Source: Pocillopora damicornis (lineage: Eukaryota). Taken from it: a stretch of DNA of 64,000 nucleotides. Under the pieces are notes generated by a model. That model saw only the letters and a list, made by a program, of their open reading frames with translations. It did not search any database and had not been told where the DNA came from. The position numbers and the translations under genes are program-made. The DNA is taken from assembly GCF_003704095.1 (NCBI RefSeq), contig NW_020847187.1, forward strand, positions 372,001 through 436,000. Reading direction: 5' to 3'. Of this stretch, positions 14,051-25,543 are shown in pieces; position 1 is the stretch's first letter, and every line of letters starts with the position of its first letter.

Positions 14051-15908
14051 TGTTGAATACGACAATTCAAACAGGTCATTTACGATTTTCATCGGAGATA
14101 TAACAGTGTTCTTTTCATTTATCTCTCGTTACAAGAGGGACAGAGGTTAGTATAATTATCTTAAGTCATGTGATGTGTAATCTACCTGTGAAACTCACTG
14201 TCGATCTCATGACGACCGCAAGATTTCCTCTATCACTCCTCAGTTCTGTAGTTGTGGTCGGGCCCAGGCATAGTGTAGTTCAAAGGCTGTGTTGTACGAT
14301 ATCGTAAAAACCTGACGTTACTGCATTGCCAATTCCTCATCGTAGTATCTCAAATTATTCCTCAACGCCATGAGTTTTATTCCACATAATATGCTGTATG
14401 TATGGTATCCTAAGAGATCCCACATGATCAACTAATCACAAGATACCCACACAATATCACATGGCCTCTTGCAGTATCAGAGGATCGTAAAAATTCACTG
14501 CTGACTATAAATCATACATATCGCCATTTGGGGATTTGAAAAGGAAACACTGTAGTGGATCGGAAGGTTACTCAACCATTTACAGAGGTAAACAACAACT
14601 TTTTTGTGGGAGGAGTTAGCTTAAGGCCTAGTGGACATACTCTACTCATGAGTCACAAATACTGAATTTATCTCTTGTCATTAAGAGAGAAAGTGAGAGA
14701 ATCTCATGGCAGATGATTGTGATATAATTTAAATTTCATTTTCTGTTACAGTGCTAGGCAAGTCGTTTGCCTTCGTTCAGTCAGACTCCAAAGCATGCTA
14801 TTCAATGTCCTTTTAAGATAAGGATGAGTTTTAGAATTTGACCTATTAGACTAAAAATCTGAAGATTTCATACTAGATACAAATTGCTCTGATGTAGGCA
14901 CAAGTTAGAGTTTTACTTAAAACTACCCTTTTGTAAAGGAGACGTCAAATCTGGTTAATTTTGTTGCAACTCAGTGAGGGTCATTTGGTGCAGCAACATA
15001 TTAGTAATGAGATTTAACTTTGGGGTCATAATTGTCTTCCTGCAATTTCTTTTGATTCCATGGACATTTGTACCTCAGCATTGCAGAGACAGAATCAACC
15101 AAAATGAACTTATTTAAGAAAATGGCTGAGAAAGGGGGTCCTGTGCATGTTTCACACCTGTCAAAAAGTAGTAATAATGCATCACCAAAAATTGGGTAAA
15201 CAAGTTTAAAGTTCACATATTGTGAAAAGCAAAAAAAAAAACAGTTCACTGGGGTTTTAATTTCATATTTTCACTGGTCATGAAAATTAAAACACTTGAT
15301 CCTACAACAGGCAATGACCCCTTTCCCCCATTCTAAAAACGATCTACTTTGTCCAACATAAAGAACACGCTGTGAAAGAAAAAATCTGCTAAGGGGGATC
15401 AGGGGAATCCAACCAATTATCATTTTACATCCTTTGGAAAATCTTTTACAATTGGTTGGTAACTCTTCCCATCTGTCAGTTATCAAAACAGTTACTAAAA
15501 CAGTTACAGTAATACACAATTTGCTTGAGATTTTAATCAGTTGGGATGAAGCTGGGAGTAAAGCTACACAGAATGTCCTTAAGTGGGATTGATATACTTA
15601 TGTATTCTCTTGGTCATGTCATCTGATTGTCCAGGTGAGAGTAGTCCTGAAAAGGAATGTTATTGGAAGCATTCACTGATGTTTCAACAACCTGACTCTG
15701 ATGACAACTTTGGACCCATGCCACTCTCACTTGGACAATTAGACTACATTACATGTACTAACTATTATATGTGGGGTCACACTAGTTCCTACATTATCTT
15801 TTCTTTACACACATTTTCTATCTTTTTTTCCTGCAATTGACACTGCTTTTCTTTCAAATTTATCTTTTTTTACAGGGTTAAGTGACTAATCTGCTGTAAG
15901 TAAAGAAA

Positions 15909-18900
15909 ATGGTGAGGTATTGGCCTGTTATAGAGCTTCTTTCATTTCTGAACTTTTTTGGAACAACTCTGTTGGACATTATCACTCAAAAATACATCTA
16001 TGGCAGTTCAGTGAAAGATCATGCAGATTTTGAGAGACCCAATTGTTGTAAAACATTGAATAATGCTACCTGTGGTGGTTTAGAAAACCCTGGCCTCATT
16101 TCAGCTGATAATGATCATTGGTTACTTTATATAAATTTAGTGTCATTTTTGGTAGCAATGCCATCAACAATAATTCTTGGAATCTGGAGTGAGACTGAAG
16201 GACGCAGAAATGTGTTGGTTGCTACCTTGATAGGCATTGCCTTACGTGCAGCTTTGTTTACCATCATTATAAAGTTTCAAGCACCGTTGTACTTTTTTGT
16301 GATTGCTAGTCTGATGACAAGTGCGGTGGGATACAACACTAGCTTCATGGCATCATGTATGGCATATACTGCCGATATTACGAGTAATGAACAAAGAACT
16401 TTGAAAATTATGTGCTTAGATTGTGCAGCAGGGATTGGAATTGGCTTGGCTTATTTTATTAGTGGGTTCTATTTGGAAAGTCAATCTTTCTATGATATCC
16501 TCTGGCTTATCATGGCTATTATGGTATTTAACATTTTATGCGTGATCTTCCTACTGGAAACAAATGTCTTTACCCACGAACTTACTCCAATCTGCAGATG
16601 CAGTGATTTTGTGGGCATTTGGAAAATTTTCAGTCATGATCCAGGAAATGGTCGAAGATGGCGCCTAGTTACATATAGTGCTGCACTATTTGTTGGTGGA
16701 GTGGTTTTTTATGGGACAAATGATCTGATTCTTTTTCATGCCCAAACATATCTTTGTTTTACTCTGATCCTGTTGGGTTTCTTATCTGGTGCTCTAGCTC
16801 TGCGATATATTGTAAGCCTGGTCTTTGTTAAGTTGTTTCAGACCATCTTAAAAATGGCCAATAACCTGATCATTGAATCTGGTTTACTGTCCCTTTTTGC
16901 TGGTCTTATTGTGGCAGTATTTAGCAGGACAACACGTTTTTTGTTTATTGGTAAGTGTTATAGCACTATCTATTGAATTATAAATGCATTCTGATTGGTT
17001 CTTACTTAACCTTTTAACTCCCAAGATCTGATTGCGAATCTCCCCTCTAGCTGCTACATATTTCCTTGTCTATTGGTTATGAGAACTTGGTGCTATATCA
17101 AGATAACAGCTTCTACATGATCAGTTTGAATATTCTCATTACCTGTTTGTTGAATAATGCATGAATGTTATAGGGAGAAGTTTTATGTTGATCACTTCTG
17201 GAAGTTAAAAGGTTAATATCATTAATATGATAATAAATAAATATAGTTATAATAATGTTTATATGATAATAATATGATACACACTCAACTGCACCTTGTG
17301 TGTCACTTTTTTGTTCTTACCACAAATTGATGCACAGCTGTGATCTATTACTATTACTATTTGTGAGATACATAATGGTATCAATTGTGGCTAGTCTAAC
17401 CTTCTAGAAAATTCTGAGTTTCTATTATGGATTCATATGCCTGGTATTGAAGAAATGTCCAATTGTTGTGTTGAATACATTACAATCCTCTTCTTGCTTT
17501 GCTTTATGTTTAAAAGATGTTGGTTGTAACTGGTTAAAAAAATGTCATTTTTCCTTCAGTTCCTACTACATTTGATTTTTTTTTATCAAAAAAATTGTAA
17601 TTTGAATTTATTTATATGCATTCTCCAAATAATGATTTAAAAAGCACAATCATCAAAGGCTTAAAGTGGATTCTGGTCAGTCTTGTGCTTGATATGGTCA
17701 TGACTGTACATCATTCTATAAATATTTGTATTCACAACCTTTGGAAATAATATTCTAAAAAAAATCAAATATGAGACAAGCTATTATTTCTAAGATATAG
17801 CTCAGCGCTCCAAGCTGGGACACATAACAAGCTGTAGTGTTTTATGACTGGGTGTTTATAAACCTATAAATTTAAAGTGGGATAAACAATTGTACAAATG
17901 CTATGTAATACTGTTCAAAATATTGTTACGACAGCTGGAATCTTATTTCTGGGGACCATTTTAACAATTTAAGGTTGCCAATGGCAAGTTGGGCAGAAGC
18001 CCAATGTATATATACTAGGTATGTAGTATGTGGTATAGTAGCCCAATGTATGTATTAGGTATGTCTCAGAAAGACATACCTAATTGATAATAGGGCTCAC
18101 TTATGATTCAGTAGTTTCTACTGGTATACTTATTAATAAACTTTTCCTTTTTTTTATCAGTTCCAGCATTTCAGTTTTTAGGTGGCATGCCATTATCAGT
18201 GATGAAAGCCAGTTTGTCTAGGCTGGTAGAACCTCAGGAACAGGGTAAGATGGAATAGAACATTTTTTGAACATGCCACATTTTTTTTTCTTAAAATGCA
18301 AAAAAAAAAAAACACGTGACAAACACTTGGTATGCAATACAATATATATAGCATTAACATATAATAACAACTTCAACATAATAATACTTTTCACCAGTTA
18401 TAATGTGTTACTTTAACCAAAGTTATGTGGCACATGTTACTCCTTACCACATCTATTTTGAATTCTTACAGTGTTATATTTATAAATTAATATCCTGGTA
18501 TATTTATTATTTACTTACTCAGTTACTCATTTCTCTACTGTTCAATATCACTACTCACTTCAATTTTTATGAATATATAATTAGTACTCTTTTCTAATGG
18601 TTAGAGCTTTGGTTAAAAGTTTTGAAGATTATTCTCTTGTAGAGACTGAAAAGTGAACATGTACCCTTCCCTCTCTGGTAAGGGATGTAAAGACAGAACT
18701 AGAGAGAGTGGTGAAAAATACCCCACTTTTGCTGCCCAATTTAATCAAAATTAAAGCCAATAGTGTTGACCTAGTTAAAATCTTTAGGTTGTAATAAAAC
18801 TTATTCTCTGTCCACCATTTGTTAACTTTAGTTTGAGAAAGGGACTTTCCCTCTTCAATAACCACAGCCACAATTTGCTATAACTTTTATTTCTAAAGAA

Positions 18901-20086
18901 ACAACTCATGTTTTTATAGGAACATTGTTTGCGGTTGCCTCATGTTTGGAGGCCTCAGCAGCCTTTCTTGGAGTTATTCTATTCAGTGAAGTTTATGATG
19001 ACACAAGCAAGATATTAACTGGACTACCCTTTGTGATAGGAGCCTTGTTACTGATTGTTCCAGCTGGTCTTGTTGGGTTTGTAACACTTACCTATTTCCT
19101 CAGTTTACCTCTTGTCATTAGAAATATGATTAATTGATGAACTGATCTGTTGATTATTTTATTTGATGAAACAATAAACAGACATGCATCTGTTCAGTAA
19201 TAGGCTGCAGATTATGTCAATATGTGAGAAGATCAAAAAGTGATGTCTTATGTACTTTTTTTGTGATGATGACACAAAGAGTAGTTAATGGTGACATCAT
19301 CTATGTGTCTGTTCTTCAATAGACTGAGAGTAAGGACCATTTAAAAGGTGTTCATTTTTCTGCCTATTTTGTCTCATTCAGATGGACACATGGGTAGATA
19401 GATGGTCAGATGAGGGAATTAATATTAGATAAAAATATGGTCATAATGATATGGAAAAGAGAAATGTGCAAAATTGTACATTTTTAAGATCTAGCAATAT
19501 TCATGTTCAGTTGAATAAAGTTAGAATAGTTAAAAAAAAACTTGCAAAAATTCATAACTTCAAACAAAAAAGCATACAATAGCATTTTAAAACAAAAACA
19601 ACAGTACTTCTTGTTAACTAAATTTGAAAGATTTAAATGCAGTTCAGTTTTCTACCCACACACATTTAAGGCTAAGTGGTCCAAAGATTAGCAGCCATGT
19701 GAAAGTTTTGAGCTAAAAAAATGGAATGAGCCTTTAAGTGATGACAGAATTGACGAAGAATGTGAGAGTAACAGGAGAGTTCTTTGGAGTTGTTCTATCA
19801 GTTCCTTGGTTCTAGGTGAACAAGACAGCTTACTCATTTGTGTAATCCCTCTTTTGTCCATAGATTTTTGCACAAAAATGAAGATCCTACTTCAAGATAT
19901 TTGTTTTTCCCAGAGGAATCAGAGTGTGACTTTGGTCACCAGTGTACAATCAGTGTCCGGTCAAAATCTGCTCCAAAAACTGTCAGTGTGCCCGTGGTAT
20001 CTAATGAAGACTTTGTTGTTGTGCATCATCAAAATGAATGCCAGACCAGCAATGTGGCTACTAATGGTCGCCTAATGCCTGTATAA
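15909..20086 (+). CDS. MFS transporter, SLC46 family (PCFT/SLC46A3-like), ~501 aa; exons 15909-16950, 18161-18244, 18920-19076, 19864-20086
   Basis: Many hydrophobic helices; MFS motif-A-like GIWSETEGRR; AYTADIT...RT; KASLSRLVEPQEQGTLFA typical of SLC46. GT-AG introns are in phase; total 1506 nt. Confidence 0.85.
17006..17216. mobile_element. TTAA-flanked MITE (piggyBac-like ends) in SLC46-like intron
   Basis: ttaa-ccttttaactccca ... tggaagttaaaagg-ttaa terminal inverted repeats. Confidence 0.8.
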
Positions 20087-21042
20087 ATTTGTGCAACTGA
20101 TAAACTATTTGCACTCTGCCAAACTAACAATTTTTCTAATGGCATTGTTCATTGCTTATCCAATAACTACAGCCATGAACAAGTGGTGTGAGAAATTTTT
20201 GTCTTAGCTTTGCAGATGGTGAAAAGGTCATCTGCTTCATAGACTGTCACGTTAAACCTGATTTGAGTTGTCATTATAAATGTTATCATCTCCATTATTA
20301 TTACTATTATTATCATCACTAGTATTCATATAGACCAGTCAGTATTATATCATTAGTAATATTTTATAAATACAGCATTTCGTTCCCTTGATGTGATATA
20401 TTCTTTCTTTCAAGAACATGTTGTGAGTAATTATGAGATAGAAATTAACTTAAATTGAATTAAGTTATATTGTGTTCTGGGTGGCATTAGAAAGAGGCTT
20501 TGGAATAAAGTTATTTTTAGTGCTTAAATCTAAAATTTAAAATAATTTCTTGAAATAATTGAACAAATGCTGAATAAAGAAAATACCAGGTATAGTATTA
20601 TGTTACATTGAAAATTTAAATTATGCTTGTTACAAATGATTGAGTTTGTATCTAAATGTTCAAATCTTATTGGTGCTTAAGGGCCTCCAAACTGTCCAAT
20701 TAGACCTTCCAATTAGAAACATTTGCAATTAAAAAGACTAAATCCAATATCTCAGTAGCCAATGAAATGCAACCGCAGCCTATCAAAACCAAGGAAAATT
20801 TCTCAAAGGAGCAGGTTGATAGATCCACACCGACAACAAACATGGGCAAAATTACCTGGTTCAACAATAAAATTTTAATTTGGATGTTTTCCTTAGATAA
20901 AGCAAAACTTTGAATTAAAGAAAGCTTTAGAATGATAGGAAATAGTTGTCGAGATTGAAAATACGACGAATCAAATGGAAAAGCAAGTTGTCGTGAGAGA
21001 GATACCACCAAAAAGACGAAACAAATATCTTCTGCTTTTATT

Positions 21043-22437
21043 CTACCACGCCCCAGCGTATTTTTCTCTGGCTTCTTGAACCTTAGCTGAATGTGTAATT
21101 TTGTGAGGTTCTATTTGCTTTCGCTCAACTGGCTTGGGCCGAAGTTTTGGAAAATATGAAAAGGTAAAAGATCTTGTGAAGGAATTGTCTAGAACTACTT
21201 TGTTGTAACTATCCCATAGAATTCGATTACGTTCCCGCTGAATCTTAGCTTCCTCGATTCTCCTTTGTCTATCCCTGGCTTCTTTTTCTTTCCGTTCTGC
21301 TTCCATTTTTCTTATTTCTTCGAGGCGTTTCCTCTTCTCCTCTCGCTTTTGATTCCACCTCTCAGCAATTTTCCTCCTCCTCGTGTTTTCCCGTTCTTCT
21401 TGCAACTGAATGTCCATCTCTCTTTCCTTTTCTTCGGTAAAAGTCAACGCGCGCTTGACATTCGCAGCGTGTTCGTTCAAATTCCAAAATGCCAACTCTG
21501 TTATCAAATGTTTAACTTGAATTTTTTCAATTTCTAAACCACGCTTCTCTAAAATATTGTCACTTCTGGAAACAACCCGTACGCGTTTTCGTTGAGCAAC
21601 ACCCTTCATCTTCGCCTCTTTATGAGAAAGATCTTTCTTCTTTGAATTTATCGAAGTGTTATTTATTTTTCCCCTTTCTTGTTGCTTTTTAATTGTACCT
21701 TTATTGCACTGTGGATTTATTTCGTGAAGTCGTCGATTTTCACGTGTCTGTCTCAAAGTTTTCCTTGCATCCTTGACGATTTCTCTAAAATTGTTTCTCA
21801 AAGCGCGTTTCTTTTCTGTAATTTCTTTTTCGGTCTCTTGCGGTTTATCAGTCATACTTACTAACTCATTTTCATCTACTGATAAATCACTCAGCATGTA
21901 TGGACTCGAACAGAATTTGGAATCTTCTTCACAGTCAGTGTGATCACAGAGAATGGCGAAAGGAGTTTCCACAGATGCTATGCTCGAATTGAAAAGCATA
22001 GTCGATAAACTATCCACAATAACATTTCCGCTGTTACAAATGGAACCGTCAGCACTTTTGCAACCCTCTGTACTTTTTGATTCCTCTTCTGATTCAACAA
22101 ATTCGTCCTCTCGTCGGTTCACGCGCTTGAACTCACTGTCCGTGTAGTTGTGAGTACTAGAGTAGGAAGTCGAGGTTTCAGTTTCAGTTCCGGATTCAAA
22201 CAATATTGATTGCCGTGATGTTCTATCGAGATTACAAGTAGCATCGCCGCAAATTGTTGGCTCGTTAAGCAACATTTCCGGTAACGTAAGAGAAGCAAGT
22301 GAACTGTTACGACTAAGGTCGATGTTTAAACTTTCCAGTCGTGATCTAGAGTGAGTCATACTTTCCGTATCTCCGTCATAATATTCTGTTAAAGCTGAAA
22401 GTTTTCTGCTAGAAGATGTCGATGCTGAACTGGACAT
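21043..22437 (-). CDS. Uncharacterised intronless coiled-coil protein, array member 1 (464 aa; Ser/acidic disordered N-terminus, E/R/K helix, C-terminal FTRSFTFSYFP)
   Basis: Long ORF; 22497 is GTG and the first ATG is 22437. AATAAA follows the stop immediately. Shares motif blocks with the three paralogues. Confidence 0.85.
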   Translation of the reverse strand: MSSSASTSSSRKLSALTEYYDGDTESMTHSRSRLESLNIDLSRNSSLASLTLPEMLLNEPTICGDATCNLDRTSRQSILFESGTETETSTSYSSTHNYTDSEFKRVNRREDEFVESEEESKSTEGCKSADGSICNSGNVIVDSLSTMLFNSSIASVETPFAILCDHTDCEEDSKFCSSPYMLSDLSVDENELVSMTDKPQETEKEITEKKRALRNNFREIVKDARKTLRQTRENRRLHEINPQCNKGTIKKQQERGKINNTSINSKKKDLSHKEAKMKGVAQRKRVRVVSRSDNILEKRGLEIEKIQVKHLITELAFWNLNEHAANVKRALTFTEEKEREMDIQLQEERENTRRRKIAERWNQKREEKRKRLEEIRKMEAERKEKEARDRQRRIEEAKIQRERNRILWDSYNKVVLDNSFTRSFTFSYFPKLRPKPVERKQIEPHKITHSAKVQEAREKYAGAW

Positions 22438-22579
22438 ATCGACTAAAGCCGGCTGGCGACTCAACTCCGAAGAGGTAAACTGCGACCAGTTTCCCACTGA
22501 TTTGTTTTTATACTGAGCTTGAACATTTCCTAACGGCCACAGATGTTGGCATCAAAAGCAAAATTACAAAATTACAACT

Positions 22580-23930
22580 TTATCGCAGCCGGATCACAGG
22601 TGTAATTTCGCTGTGACAAAGGAACAGTTTCATTTTAAGAATAGGAAGGACTCACGTGTGTTGTTGAGGTTTTGTGAAAGAAGTTTGTAGGCTCCATAGC
22701 CTTGCTTGTGCTTTCGTTCAATATATTTTTTTTCTTATCCTCAAACCTTTACTGGTAGTAGTGTAGGATAAATTGATTGCTTTTATCGGTGCTGTGAACG
22801 TAACAAAGTACCCCTTTGTAATGTGAAACTTCTCTTTTGCTCAGATTCTTTATTCACTTTATAGAAGACGTGTCGATCAGTCGATGATCGCGCAAAGCTG
22901 TTCATAATTGATCAGCAAAAGCAAAACAAAACAAGATAATAAAAAGCAACCTTCTTATTTTATCCGTTTGTTATGTTTACGAGACCTGCGGTTTTTTTGG
23001 GTTTTTCTTGACAACTGCTGAGAAAATGTCGATAACTACTTAGATATCCATTATATACGAACATGTTTGATTATGATTTGAAAACAAACTTTTAGAATGA
23101 ATCAACATTTTTTTTTTGTTTTTATTTTTTTTCCTCGGAGACTGAATCAGAATTTTCAGTTGAAGAACGTTATCGTAAAAATCTTATCACTTTAGGCATT
23201 GCTTGATTGCTGGACAGGCTTTATCTATATTCACGCTTACAGAATGAAGACTCCGCAACTTGGGTTATAATTTGCGCGCAGTTATGCCTTTTAATTTATT
23301 AATGAAACCGAGAACTATAAAAAAGAAAAGACAATTCAGTTGAATTATCTGTAACCCTTAGAGAAGATAAAGGAAACAAGAAATGGATAAAAAACCTCAC
23401 TGGATAAATGAATGAAATGGATAAAAAAACCTCGCCTCATTGGTTCTATCTTGGATATCACTTAACCATGTGAGTGATAATGTAACACAGTCAGACTATG
23501 ATAGCACAACCTGTCTCATTTATCTCATTAGGTATTGATAAAGGGTTGTAAGATTCAACGGAACGCTCACAACAGAAAACAATTTGGCTGTTTTTGAAGG
23601 AAAGGACTCAGTAATAACCCTCTTCCCCATTCCCCCATTTTCCTTTTCCTGAAAATAATTGGTCAGGTATCAACATTCAGTTTGTATCATCATATCATCA
23701 TATCATCATATCATCAAAATAGAACAATTTTTTGCCATCGCTTTTAAAAATGCTTTCTGCAATCTTTGGGCTAGATTATGATTTTGAATTAAAAAATGAT
23801 AACGTAAAAAAAATTTAAGCTTTCAACTTTTAGTCATTTTCATTCAATTATCATCACAGTTTTCTAGACACTTTCTATCTCATCCAAGTTCAATTTTATA
23901 ATTGATAGCACTACGCATTTCTTTATCGGC
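22580..23930. promoter_or_regulatory. Dense GATA-motif cluster in the divergent intergenic region
   Basis: About 21 GATAA/TTATC pentamers counted by eye in 1.35 kb, plus (TATCATCA)4 at 23685-23716 and a duplicated gaaatggataaaaaa..cctc at 23380/23414. Confidence 0.45.
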
Positions 23931-24201
23931 TGACCCATGGCGGTTGAATGTTAAATGAATGCAGCAGCTGCTGGCAACTGATTTTCTTTAGGGAAAACAT
24001 CCCAGTGTGAAAACTGAGAAGCGAGGCCCTCTATTATTGCGCCTCGCCATGAGCAAGACGGCTGCGTAGCCCTGCACAGTCGGACTGTCCTTCCCAGTCT
24101 CCCCGCCGAAAATACTTGTTGCTGAGAGAGAAGTCGCTCTTATGAGGTTTATGTCTTAAACAACAGAACTAAAACATTCCTTCCAGAAAATCGCTTCCAG
24201 A

Positions 24202-24636
24202 ATGAATCAGATGGAACATAACTACAAGATCAAAGACTACAAGCGTTATGAAGCTCCAGGGCCGTTCATTCGAACCGGCTATCGCCTGAACTATCCGCAA
24301 AACTACCCAAACTCACAAGAAACGCGGAGAATGGAAGAACGATTCCAAACAATACAATGGCCTCGAAACAAGACGCTCGTCGGTTTGACCGACCAAGGAG
24401 ATAGAATGAAGTTCACAAGAGATCAACAGATAAGCGTATTGACAAATCAAAGCGAAATGATTGCTGATGTGCAACATCAAAGACAGGTTCTTCTCGATAC
24501 AGTCAAACGAAACATTCATGTTGCTAGGGACGAATTTGCTCGTGATGTTTACGTTGGCAGACCCGGTGTTCGCGATATGTTACGAGGCACTCAGCCGCTC
24601 TACAAGGTGATCAACAATGGGACACTCTATGGCTAA
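24202..24636 (+). CDS. Uncharacterised 144-aa protein (Y/P/R-rich ends, central helix), single coding exon
   Basis: ATG-initiated ORF with coding-like composition, preceded by pyrimidine-rich acceptors (ttccttccag, cttccag) and followed by an AT-rich 3' region; no family recognised. Confidence 0.7.
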   Translation: MNQMEHNYKIKDYKRYEAPGPFIRTGYRLNYPQNYPNSQETRRMEERFQTIQWPRNKTLVGLTDQGDRMKFTRDQQISVLTNQSEMIADVQHQRQVLLDTVKRNIHVARDEFARDVYVGRPGVRDMLRGTQPLYKVINNGTLYG

Positions 24637-25472
24637 GGATTTATTTGTGAATTTTATGCTTTATTCTTAATTTTGACATCTTATGGCATTTTTTCTTTTA
24701 TATTTAAGTATCGCATCGAACAATGCGAATTTTTAAGAATTTTTACAGTTTGTCTATTATTTGTTTCGGTGAGGATACATGGGGTAGACTCGTTCTGTTG
24801 TTTAAAACGCCTTTTTGATATACGATGAAAATGTAGAAAGCTAGTTTAGATATCAACTTTTAAGCTTGAATTAAAATTCTGAATATTTGAACTCGCTATT
24901 TCCATGAAATATTATTGACTGAAAATATTGTGTGGATAATGATACTTTATTACAATTTTGGTGGCATTTTGTATTTTTTTTCTTCCACAAAATCAGCCGT
25001 TAGATTTTTATGTGTTAAAGATATAGTTTTATTTTGCCTCAGTTTCCATTTCAGTGAGAAGGTTTTTCCCACTTACCAAGAAATTATTTTGTATTTTTAA
25101 TCTACCACATACATGCAAATGTGGTTGGTGTGGTGAACATTAAAGCAAGATTTTTCACCTTATAATTATCGTCAATATGGTGTTGCCCATAATGTACTTA
25201 AGTTGCAAACCAGTAGCGGCCAAATCATCCCTCTAAGGGATGACTCACCTGAAGCAAGCATCCCATTTACGTATGAAATATAGCCATTTATCACATGTCT
25301 CTCTGCCAGACTGCAGAGTAAGGCAGAACTCAATGAGATCTCCTGCCTGTAAATGGGAAACTTAAAGTAAGAAAGGGAAAATTGAGTGAAAATCTGCCAT
25401 ACTCTGCAGAAAGGTCTCTGAATGATAGCAATCTTCGCAATTAACACTACTTAAAAAGAAGTGAAAATAAGA

Positions 25473-25543
25473 CCTGAAAAAAACTCAGGCCTGTACGGGA
25501 TTTGAACCCATGACCTCTGCAATACCCATGCAGTGCTCTACCA
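25473..25543 (-). mobile_element. tRNA-derived SINE head (pseudo-tRNA)
   Basis: Minus strand tggtagagca (A box)...ggttcaaatcccg (B box) then caggcctgagttttttt; no intact cloverleaf acceptor stem. Confidence 0.7.

Noticed and set aside
14752-14757. Possible 6-nt 5'UTR microexon with a GC donor in the SLC46-like gene
   Set aside because: Cannot be distinguished from chance without transcript data.
25473-25543. Possible tRNA gene
   Set aside because: Only A/B boxes, with no complete acceptor stem; context fits a SINE head.
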